Assembly (NCBI GenBank): GCA_009785605.1
Contig: WQVY01000004.1
Location: 977 to 64,976 of the forward strand
Direction of reading: 5' to 3'
DNA from: Defluviitaleaceae bacterium
Lineage (GTDB): Bacteria; Bacillota; Clostridia; Lachnospirales; WQUN01
Length of the DNA stretch: 64,000 bases
The position numbers and the translations under genes were made by a program. Below the pieces are notes generated by a model. That model saw nothing but the letters and a program-made list of their open reading frames with translations, ran no database searches and was not told the origin of the DNA. Below, piece after piece: positions 9,079-17,541 of this stretch. The first letter of the stretch is position 1. Each line of letters begins with the position of its first letter.

Positions 9079-11412
9079 CTACCCTTCCGAAATAACAGCT
9101 TCGGCTTCCTCAACTGGCACAAGCTTAGGGTAGGGGATACGTTCATGATACATCCCCTTTAGCACCCGTATAAACGACTCCGAAATTATAGCAATATCTT
9201 TGATTGTTAGCTGACTATCGGCTAATTGCCCGTCTACTAGCTTATTGCGGATAAGCCTATTTATGGTATCTTCCATTTCATTCTCAGAAGAAATGCTGGG
9301 CATCATAGCACGCACAGCCGCTTCAACAGTATCGGCAAGCATGACACAAGCAGACTCTCTCGTCTGGGGGACTATAAAGGGATATCTATAATCACCTTCA
9401 TCCACATCTTCACTTGATTTTTTGGCTTTGGCATAAAAAAATTGTATTAAGCTATCGCCATGATGCTCTTGGATTATATCACGCACAAACTGTGGCAGAC
9501 GGTGCTCTGCAGCCAAGGTTAGCCCATGGGATACATGGCTTATAATCATCTGTGCGCTTTCTATAGGGTCTAGATGGTCGTGTGGGTTGTCCCTATCAAT
9601 ATTTTCTGCAAAATATTGCGGGTATTTTAGCTTGCCAACATCGTGATAGTATCCACCAACCCGTGCAGCATGGGCATTGGCACCAATATCATATGCTGCA
9701 GATTCTGCTAAATTGGCAACAATAAGCGAATGATGATAAGTCCCAGGCGCTTCTATAGTAAGCCGCCTAAGAAGTAGATTTGTAGGGTTAGTTAAATCCA
9801 ACAACTTTACCGGAGTAACAACACCAAAAAACGTCTCCCAAATGGGCAAGCTACCGGTAGAAATTATTACAGTAAGCAGCCCGTTCAAAGACGCATATCC
9901 AGCCGTGACAAGTAACCCCGTAACATCATATACGGCCTGGATATTGCCGGTTATAAGCGCTATAGAAATAGACAATGTAAACTGAAGAAGCATGACAGTT
10001 GTGCCAACAATAAAAATCTTGTTCCTGTCTGTTGTAAAGCGGGAAAGCATGCAAATTAGCACACCCGATACAAGAAAGAACATAAGATAGTCCCATGACC
10101 CATCTACAATAAAATAACAAATCAAAATCAATGAAAACGAGAGTATGACAGCGCTCCTGCGCTCTATTAACACAGAAACCAACATAGGGAATATAAGTAT
10201 CGGAAGGAATTGATATCCAAAATCACTAAAAGACCATACAAGTGTAATCACAAGTACATACAAGGTAAATAAGAGTAAGGCCTCACGCTTATTTGCGGCA
10301 ATAGTAGGCCGATAAAAAGACAAATACATGATACATGCCAGAAAAAGCAGCGCCGTGATAAAAAAAGTACCAGCTATAGGAAGCACAAAATCACTTATCG
10401 TGACATCTTCAAGCAGCCCCAACTCACCCAGGATGTAATATACATCTGGTGTAACAATATCACCGGCATTAACAATAGTTTGCCCCTCTAGCAATGTAAC
10501 TACGATATAATCTGCAGCTACGATATCTCTTTGGCGCTGGGTCGCGGCATAGTCGACTATAAGATTTATTGCTAAGTGTTCTATGACAATTCTTTCTACA
10601 ATATCGCGGTGGTTTTGTGATAGAGGCCTTGCGCCCAAGTTTTCGCGCACAGCATGCAAAGTAAGAGGGCCAACTTCGCTTATTTCTGTTGCTTGTACGG
10701 TATATGCCACATCAATGACGGTTTCCCACAGGTCTGCATAGGTTTCATTGTCCATAGATATGATTAACTGCTGCTGGATTTCGGTAAAAACAACAGGTAA
10801 CAAAGCAAATTGGTCCCATACTTCAAACACAGGCTCTATTGGTTCTGGATATGCGGGGGGCACTGGCCTTGGAGGTAACTCGCCCATATCTTCGTTGCCT
10901 GCTTCTATGGTTGCACGTTGGATTTCCCATTCTTCTACCGCAATGTTGTATAGAAGCATTTGAGCTTGGAATTCCGTTTGTTGGTCCCTTAGCATACGTT
11001 CAAATTCATATATTTCTTGTATATGAAACTCACGTATACCTGTCATATTATTAGCCAAGAAATCAAGAGTATGCTCCACAAGTGGCCATACATTAGGGTC
11101 CAAGACCCTTATTGGGGGAAGGGCATCAGCTAAAGCTTGTGCTTCTTGGCGGTTATGTTCTGTCGCGGGGGTGTTAATCATGTCATCGGGGGCAAAGATG
11201 CTTATGTTTGAAGGTTGGTTTACGGTAATACCTTGTAAACCTTGCTCTGCCCTGAAATATGAACCAGACGCAATAGCGCCACATGCCAATACAAAGGCAA
11301 CTAAAACAAGGGCCCCATTTAGCAGACGGTTTTTCTTCGCGTCACTGCCTGGCTGAACGGGCCCATTGTGCACTGCCATGGTTTTTTTATTTTTTTCTGT
11401 TGTGGTTATCAT
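9079..11412 (-). CDS. pgpH: 7TM-receptor/HD-domain phosphohydrolase (PgpH/YqfF family, candidate c-di-AMP phosphodiesterase)
   Basis: Has an extracellular N-terminal domain, about 7 TM segments, and a C-terminal HD domain (HHSLIVANL ... YYHDVGK). It follows phoH as in the conserved phoH-yqfF-ybeY arrangement. Confidence 0.85.
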   Translation of the reverse strand: MITTTEKNKKTMAVHNGPVQPGSDAKKNRLLNGALVLVAFVLACGAIASGSYFRAEQGLQGITVNQPSNISIFAPDDMINTPATEHNRQEAQALADALPPIRVLDPNVWPLVEHTLDFLANNMTGIREFHIQEIYEFERMLRDQQTEFQAQMLLYNIAVEEWEIQRATIEAGNEDMGELPPRPVPPAYPEPIEPVFEVWDQFALLPVVFTEIQQQLIISMDNETYADLWETVIDVAYTVQATEISEVGPLTLHAVRENLGARPLSQNHRDIVERIVIEHLAINLIVDYAATQRQRDIVAADYIVVTLLEGQTIVNAGDIVTPDVYYILGELGLLEDVTISDFVLPIAGTFFITALLFLACIMYLSFYRPTIAANKREALLLFTLYVLVITLVWSFSDFGYQFLPILIFPMLVSVLIERRSAVILSFSLILICYFIVDGSWDYLMFFLVSGVLICMLSRFTTDRNKIFIVGTTVMLLQFTLSISIALITGNIQAVYDVTGLLVTAGYASLNGLLTVIISTGSLPIWETFFGVVTPVKLLDLTNPTNLLLRRLTIEAPGTYHHSLIVANLAESAAYDIGANAHAARVGGYYHDVGKLKYPQYFAENIDRDNPHDHLDPIESAQMIISHVSHGLTLAAEHRLPQFVRDIIQEHHGDSLIQFFYAKAKKSSEDVDEGDYRYPFIVPQTRESACVMLADTVEAAVRAMMPSISSENEMEDTINRLIRNKLVDGQLADSQLTIKDIAIISESFIRVLKGMYHERIPYPKLVPVEEAEAVISEG

Positions 11413-11421
11413 GTCTTCACG

Positions 11422-12636
11422 TCATTTCTTAGAAGGACGCACATAGCGAAGCCGCTTTTTTTCTTTTAAAGCTGCTGCACTTTTTTTGTATGCAGAGCGC
11501 GCTGCTTGCTTGTCGTATGCATTAACAATCTTTTGTACCAATGGATGCCGCACAACATCCTTGCTTGATAGGTAGCTTATACCAATATCCGGGATGCCGT
11601 CCAACAGTTGTACCGCCTCTTTTAAACCAGAATCCTTGTCATCTGGTAAATCTATTTGGGTAATATCACCGGTTATTACAGCTTTGGAATTAAAACCCAG
11701 TCGTGTGAGGAACATCTTCATCTGTTGTGGTGTGGTGTTTTGCGCCTCATCTAGCACAATAAATGAGTTGTCCAACGTACGGCCACGCATATAGGCCAAA
11801 GGTGCTACCTCAATCAAGTTACGTTCGAAATTACGGTTAAATGCCTCCGGGCCCATAATGTCATGCAAAGCATCATATAGCGGCCGAAGGTATGGGTCAA
11901 CCTTTTGTTGCAAGTCACCCGGAAGAAAGCCAAGCTTCTCCCCAGCTTCTATGGCAGGGCGTGTAAGGATTATACGGTTTACTTGGCCCGAGCGGAACGC
12001 AGTTATTGCCATAGCCATAGCCAAGTATGTCTTGCCAGTACCCGCCGGGCCAATAGCAAATGTTATTGTATTTTGGCGGATAAGGTCAATATATTTTTTT
12101 TGACCTACAGTCTTTGGCTTTAATGGGCGGCCAGATGTTGTCATACATACAGTATCATCACCAAGCTTTTCTATTTGGCCAAAGTACTCGTCTGCTAAAG
12201 AAGCTATCAAGTAATTGACTTGTTGGTCTGTTATTGATTCGCCTTTTTGGGCAAAAATCATCAATTTTTTGAGTACTGTCTCGGCCTTATCTACACCTGC
12301 GGAGGTGGTGGTGTTACTCATTATTTGCACGCCTTCGTCACGGTTAACAATTACAACATTAAAAGATTGTTCTATCTTTTTAACGTGCTCATCCAACTTG
12401 CCAAAGACATTGCTTATCAAAGCGCTGGGTATCATTATATTTTTCTTTGGTGCGTCCAAGTGTTCAGCCCCTTTGTATGATTTATGTGTCTTGGCTACTA
12501 TATCATAAAAACCGGCTCTAATGCCACTATTTGCAAAAGAAAACCCCCCGAAAGGCGATTGCCATCCGAGGGGTCTCTTGTAATATAAATTATTTGTGTC
12601 GTATAGATTTGTTATCTTGTTTATTGCCAACTCCAA
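11422..12636 (-). CDS. phoH: PhoH-family ATPase (start uncertain)
   Basis: Contains Walker A GPAGTGKTYLA and LDEAQN. The longest ORF overlaps the upstream gene by 47 nt. An internal ATG at 12435 (MIPSALISN...) would give a more typical ~337-aa PhoH, but it lacks a clear RBS. Confidence 0.85.
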   Translation of the reverse strand: MELAINKITNLYDTNNLYYKRPLGWQSPFGGFSFANSGIRAGFYDIVAKTHKSYKGAEHLDAPKKNIMIPSALISNVFGKLDEHVKKIEQSFNVVIVNRDEGVQIMSNTTTSAGVDKAETVLKKLMIFAQKGESITDQQVNYLIASLADEYFGQIEKLGDDTVCMTTSGRPLKPKTVGQKKYIDLIRQNTITFAIGPAGTGKTYLAMAMAITAFRSGQVNRIILTRPAIEAGEKLGFLPGDLQQKVDPYLRPLYDALHDIMGPEAFNRNFERNLIEVAPLAYMRGRTLDNSFIVLDEAQNTTPQQMKMFLTRLGFNSKAVITGDITQIDLPDDKDSGLKEAVQLLDGIPDIGISYLSSKDVVRHPLVQKIVNAYDKQAARSAYKKSAAALKEKKRLRYVRPSKK

Positions 12637-13336
12637 GTATAGAGGTTAATCGTGACTCACGTTTATATCGCATGGCATTCCTACGGTATTTTCCTACAGC
12701 AACGGTATGCCTCATTGTCATATTAATAATGCTAAAAGCAGTGATACCAAGCGCAGCAACAGCACCAAAAATCATAAGACTTATGGCTATTGGGTTGGTT
12801 GTGGGGTTTGGTGGGTTGGGCATACCAGCAGTTGGTGGTGTAGTTGGGGATGGCGTGGATGTAGGCGCAGGTGTTGCAGTTGCACCTGGCGGTGGAGGCG
12901 ATGGTGAAGGGGTAGGGGATGTTGATGGGGTATAAGTTGATGCCTCGCCATATGCAACCCATATTGCTTCAAGGGTCATAAAGTCAGATACCACTATATA
13001 GTCGCCATCTATGCGTACCCCATTATGACTCCAACCATCAAAGGTATGTCCTTCGCGTACAGGTGTGTATGGGAACTCAAAACGCGGCAGCGATGCCCCA
13101 GCCGCAACCCATCTTATGCCTTGGCGTGTCTCTGCTTCTGTAAACACACCGGGTGCGGGGTTAAATGATACCATTAATGCATTCTCTGTCCTTAACATTT
13201 CTTGTATTTCTGGTGACATATATCCATCATCATATGCAGCCAATGTGACGGGGTTAAGACATATTGCCACAACCAAGGCTGCAATTATTAGTATTGTTTT
13301 TATTTTATTAGAACAAGTCTCAGTTGAGATGCGCAT
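12590..13336 (-). CDS. secreted, membrane-anchored protein with one Listeria-Bacteroides (Flg_new) repeat and a Pro/Thr-rich stalk
   Basis: A GGGGGA RBS lies 7-8 nt upstream. The signal peptide ends at TLAA. The repeat reads ...REGHTFDGWSHNGVRIDGDY.... A PT-rich linker follows, then PPTAG / NPTTN, a TM helix and a long basic tail. Confidence 0.6.
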   Translation of the reverse strand: MRISTETCSNKIKTILIIAALVVAICLNPVTLAAYDDGYMSPEIQEMLRTENALMVSFNPAPGVFTEAETRQGIRWVAAGASLPRFEFPYTPVREGHTFDGWSHNGVRIDGDYIVVSDFMTLEAIWVAYGEASTYTPSTSPTPSPSPPPPGATATPAPTSTPSPTTPPTAGMPNPPNPTTNPIAISLMIFGAVAALGITAFSIINMTMRHTVAVGKYRRNAMRYKRESRLTSILGVGNKQDNKSIRHK

Positions 13337-13435
13337 TACGCCTGTCCCCCTATTTGGAATGTAAAATGATTATATACAAAAGTCGGTCATATGTCGTTAC
13401 GGATGATTTACAGGTTTTTTACAAATATATGTCGT

Positions 13436-15289
13436 TTAATAGTGGTTGGCCCTTGTTGCCACAATTGTGTACCGCTGCGAGCTGCTTTGATTGTAGCCTA
13501 GCAAGGTTAATATATCTTGCCCAGGTTGTATAGTTAGTGCATCGGTATTTATTGTGCTGCCCTGATAAATATTAACAACTGTATATATGACGGTTTTATG
13601 GAAATTTGTGATATGAATCTCATCGCCAACACTAACATTGTTTATATTTTCAAGCAAACTTGTACGCCTTTGCCCTTCGCGACCTGCAATTATTGTATTT
13701 GTATTGGCTCCGCCTAAAGGCAATGAGGTGCCGGTTACATGAGCCAAGCCGCGGCTTAAATTACCATTGTTTGCACCCATATATAGGGGTAGCTCAGCAT
13801 CTATGCTTGGGATAGTAACAAAACCAATCATCTCACTATATTCGAAGCCAAAGTGATTTAAGTTTACATTGGGCTGGTTAGCATCAAATGGGTCCGGCAA
13901 ATTACCCATACCCGACTCATATAGACGATGGTTGTATTCCGCCATCCTGTCGTATAGCCATGACAGTGGGCTTTCAAATGTGCCTTCGCCCGGTGCTGCG
14001 AGCTCACCACTTTCCATCCATCGTCCTATTTGTTCGGCGACCCACCGGTCTCTATATTCGGTTTTATAGTCATCTATCATAGTTACAAAATTATATATTG
14101 CTACCTGGCTACTGCTGCCCGGGCGGCTAAAATTTTGTGACACCCCAATACCAATAATTATGATTAGCATCAACGATATAAAGCCAGTAGCGATATATCT
14201 TGACATGCTTGGTATAGGTGAAAATCCCTTTCTTTTGCTACGAGCATTTTTACCTATTAGTGCCGGTTTTAAGGGTTTTATGGTTTGCGCTATTTTGTTG
14301 TCATTGACTCTTGCTGGCTGTGTATGGACTTCATAACTTGGGGGTGAGGTTTGACTTTCTAGGTCATTAAACATGTCGTCGATAGTTAACCCATTGTACC
14401 TATCATGGGTTACTATTGCAGCTACTGGGGTAGGATGGACCGTCCTGGGACGCCTTGCGTTAGTAGCTTCTTTTTTACCTTTTAAAGCGCTATACACAGC
14501 AAAGACGACCATAAATAACAGGAACAAGCCTACAAATATATAAATACGGATATCGACTCTTGGCTCGATAATATTCTGTACAATTTCTGCTGCCATATAC
14601 GGTATATACTCGGTTCGTCTACCACGCACAAGCCAACGATGGGAATTAATACCATATGGCGTGCATGTCATTAGCGTTACAAAGTCTTCGCCTGGTACAA
14701 TGCGGAAATGTTCCGTTTCCCATGGCAAAATCCTAATTACGTGGTCAACTTCATATGCTTTTCTAACACCCATTACTGTTATGAAAAATTTGTCACCAAT
14801 ATGTACGTTTCCTTCTAAATCATTAAACATCCTGGCGTTGGCAAGCCCTGTATGGGCCGTAAGGACAGAGTGAGTGCTTTCGCCACCAATAGGGAAAGCC
14901 GTACCCTCCATATGTCCAACACCTCTATCAAGTGCATTGTGACCGGTAGAATGGTAAATGGGCATATTAACGCCTATAATTGGTATCTCGATACGGCCCA
15001 TTACCCCGCCTACATATAAGATTTCAAAATAATCCTCTGGTAAGGGGGCTAGGTGTGCGAGTAATAATTGGGTCGTTGACCGAGCAAGTTCGTTATTTAC
15101 TTCTTCGGCACGGCGAAATTGGTTTGCGATATGCTCCTGGCTTAGCCTGGCAACTTCTTCGTCATAAATTAAAGCAATACCCCGCTGGATACGGCTATTC
15201 CACCAACTAGCAACATCTGGATAAAATAACAACGACAAGCCAAAAATCAACATTATTGCAACAAAAATTGTAGGTAAATGCCTTCTCAC
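13436..15289 (-). CDS. class C sortase fused to a second, degenerate (His->Arg, Cys->Tyr) sortase module
   Basis: GTG start with a GGGGG RBS. Module 1 has an N-terminal TM, VLTAHTG, TLMTCTPYGINSHR and a C-terminal TM. A basic linker and third TM follow. Module 2 has PDPFD, GGANTNTIIAGREG and DILTLLGYNQSSSQR. Confidence 0.8.
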   Translation of the reverse strand: MRRHLPTIFVAIMLIFGLSLLFYPDVASWWNSRIQRGIALIYDEEVARLSQEHIANQFRRAEEVNNELARSTTQLLLAHLAPLPEDYFEILYVGGVMGRIEIPIIGVNMPIYHSTGHNALDRGVGHMEGTAFPIGGESTHSVLTAHTGLANARMFNDLEGNVHIGDKFFITVMGVRKAYEVDHVIRILPWETEHFRIVPGEDFVTLMTCTPYGINSHRWLVRGRRTEYIPYMAAEIVQNIIEPRVDIRIYIFVGLFLLFMVVFAVYSALKGKKEATNARRPRTVHPTPVAAIVTHDRYNGLTIDDMFNDLESQTSPPSYEVHTQPARVNDNKIAQTIKPLKPALIGKNARSKRKGFSPIPSMSRYIATGFISLMLIIIIGIGVSQNFSRPGSSSQVAIYNFVTMIDDYKTEYRDRWVAEQIGRWMESGELAAPGEGTFESPLSWLYDRMAEYNHRLYESGMGNLPDPFDANQPNVNLNHFGFEYSEMIGFVTIPSIDAELPLYMGANNGNLSRGLAHVTGTSLPLGGANTNTIIAGREGQRRTSLLENINNVSVGDEIHITNFHKTVIYTVVNIYQGSTINTDALTIQPGQDILTLLGYNQSSSQRYTIVATRANHY

Positions 15290-15429
15290 ACCGCACCCCC
15301 TTCCGGTAACGACTTAACAAAATATTGGTACTGATAACTATACAAACCTCAATATGTAGATGTGACTCATAGAATCTATACCTATTAAGCTTTATTTGCA
15401 ATAGAAATTCGTTACATAGTTATTAAATT

Positions 15430-16266
15430 TTAGGTAGCATGCTCAATGATTGGCGGATTACGTCTTTCGCGCCATATAAAAAAATGAACGACAAGAAATG
15501 CTGCAAACACAACAACGCGCCCCCGAAACCCTGTGGATATAGGCATAACTGTAACTTCATCTTGCATGTAGTATGCATATGGGACCCTAACGCCACGTAC
15601 AAGCAGCCTATGTGTATTTATCGTGATTGGCGTACATGTAATTAGTGTCATTAAATCCTTACCAGGGGTTACACGTAGAAGTTCTATCTCATGGGGTAAG
15701 ACAGTATATATCTGGTCGACTTTATATGCCAGCCGTTGACCTAAAACAGATACAAAAAAGATATCACCATAATTAAGTAAGTGTAAATCCGTAAACAATC
15801 GTACACCTGCAAGCCCAGAATGAGTGGTCAATACAGAGTGCGTACCGTATCCGCCTATTGGAAATGCCGTACCTTCTAGGTGGCCAACACCCCTACTAAG
15901 GATATTGGGTCCTGTCCCGTGAAGTACTGGAAGGCTTACATCTATTGTGGGTATATCTATCCAAGCCATTACACCTTGTACATATAGGGTCTGATTATAG
16001 TCGTATGGAAGTATGGCTATATCCCCAAGCAACAACGGCTCAGACGATTCTAAGCTGCTTAACTGTGTGTTGTGTGTAGCCGCACGGTGTAGCTGCTGTT
16101 TGACTTGTTCTGGTGTAAGCAGTGATACCATCCTATCATATTCGCGAAGGATGGCATCATGAACCAATGTTTTTTGTAAATTGCTGATATCCGGGTAAAA
16201 CAACAATGTAAACCCGGATATCATAAAAATAAATGCAAATATTGTTAAGATGTGTTTTTTTCGCAT
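15430..16266 (-). CDS. class C sortase
   Basis: Has an N-terminal TM and FYPD. Catalytic motifs are VLTTHSG, TLITCTPITINTHRLLVRG and a C-terminal TM. Its start codon overlaps the stop of the upstream oxidoreductase (TAATG). Confidence 0.9.
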   Translation of the reverse strand: MRKKHILTIFAFIFMISGFTLLFYPDISNLQKTLVHDAILREYDRMVSLLTPEQVKQQLHRAATHNTQLSSLESSEPLLLGDIAILPYDYNQTLYVQGVMAWIDIPTIDVSLPVLHGTGPNILSRGVGHLEGTAFPIGGYGTHSVLTTHSGLAGVRLFTDLHLLNYGDIFFVSVLGQRLAYKVDQIYTVLPHEIELLRVTPGKDLMTLITCTPITINTHRLLVRGVRVPYAYYMQDEVTVMPISTGFRGRVVVFAAFLVVHFFIWRERRNPPIIEHAT

Positions 16267-17372
16267 TAATCTAGAATCCCTGGTAATAGGCCTGTTTTCA
16301 TGGGTGCTGGCCTATCTGGTGCAGACAATATTGGTACCTGTTTGCCACTTTCTGCACTCACTGAAAAGCCTGTCATGACTTCAAGCACATGATGTGTAAT
16401 ATCCACACCAGCGCGGGCTTTGCGCCCGGTTTGGATGGCTTTTGCCATGTCTGCAAGGCCTAACCCACGGCTGTTGTCTGCATAGCCAAAGGTTAGTGGT
16501 ATCTCCATGTATGTTTTGCTTTCTGGGCGATATAGCATTACTGGGCCGCCAAATGTGTTGGGGTCTGGTACAGACAATGTGCCCTCGGTACCATATACCT
16601 CTAATATAGGCAGTTTGTGAGCATGGACATCAAAAGACTGGATTATCGTACCTATTGCACCACTTGCAAATTCCATTTGGCCGGCTATATGAGTGGAAAC
16701 TTCTACATCTACAATGGTGCCGTAATGGGGTTGGCTTGTGATGCGACGTGTAGGATATGATTTTTTTGCCATACCGTTTACGGCTTTAACGGCGCCTATA
16801 AGGTTTACCAGTGCTGTTATATAGTATGGACCCATGTCCATCATGGGGCCGCCGCCAAACTGGTAATAAAATGCCGGGTCCGGATGCCAAGACTCGTGGC
16901 CCCTACATGCAAAAAAGGCTGTTGCGGCTACAGGCTTACCTATATATCCGTCATCTATAAGCTTACGACATGTTTGGATACCAGCCCCAAGGAAGGTGTC
17001 TGGTGCACCGCCTACCATTACACCTTTGGCTTTGGCCGCGTCTCGTATTTTTGTACCTTCTTCGAGTGTGGCACCTAGGGGTTTTTCCGAATATACGTGT
17101 TTACCTGCATTAATTGCTGCCATGCTTACATCGTAATGTTCGTATGGGCGGGTGATGTTAAGCACTATGTCTATGGTTGGGTCACCAAACATCTCGTGCA
17201 TGTCTTTGTATTTGCGTGGTATGTTGTATGTGGACACTGCTTTTTCGGCTTTACTGTCCACCAAGTCGCAGACCCCTGCAATTTCTAGCTCCTTAAACAG
17301 GTTGGTTAAGTTTGTTAAGTAGATGCCACTGATATCCCCGCATCCAACTATACCTATACGTGTTTTTTGCAT
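16266..17372 (-). CDS. Gfo/Idh/MocA-family NAD(P)-dependent oxidoreductase
   Basis: The N-terminal Rossmann motif is RIGIVGCGDISG, with an EKP motif (YSEKPLG). Confidence 0.85.
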   Translation of the reverse strand: MQKTRIGIVGCGDISGIYLTNLTNLFKELEIAGVCDLVDSKAEKAVSTYNIPRKYKDMHEMFGDPTIDIVLNITRPYEHYDVSMAAINAGKHVYSEKPLGATLEEGTKIRDAAKAKGVMVGGAPDTFLGAGIQTCRKLIDDGYIGKPVAATAFFACRGHESWHPDPAFYYQFGGGPMMDMGPYYITALVNLIGAVKAVNGMAKKSYPTRRITSQPHYGTIVDVEVSTHIAGQMEFASGAIGTIIQSFDVHAHKLPILEVYGTEGTLSVPDPNTFGGPVMLYRPESKTYMEIPLTFGYADNSRGLGLADMAKAIQTGRKARAGVDITHHVLEVMTGFSVSAESGKQVPILSAPDRPAPMKTGLLPGILD

Positions 17373-17541
17373 TTACCTCATGCCTCCTTCGTTGGCTTAA
17401 CAAGTATGCTACCTATTGTATATTATTGTATCTTACTTAACATTGCAATAACAATCTTGTGATACGCGCACAAAGCGTCTTTCTTGTGGTATACTGCAAA
17501 TATTCGCAGAAATAAGGCAAAATTGTAATCGTACAAAAGAG

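Noticed and set aside
12531-12972. Several Gly/Val/Trp/Cys-rich ORFs on the plus strand (12531-12935, 12707-12907) and in alternative minus-strand frames (12732-12962, 12787-12972)
   Set aside because: They are the antisense or alternative-frame reading of the Pro/Thr-rich linker of the 248-aa protein. This is a compositional artefact.
17457-17474. Rex-box-like inverted repeat TTGTGATACGCGCACAAA between the oxidoreductase and the EIIC-EAL gene, and a weaker one (TGTGAGTGATTTTAGGAACAA, 54311-54331) upstream of hydC
   Set aside because: The half-sites are out of register or only partly match TTGTGAA-N4-TTCACAA. This is too weak to call without a position weight matrix scan and a rex gene in view.
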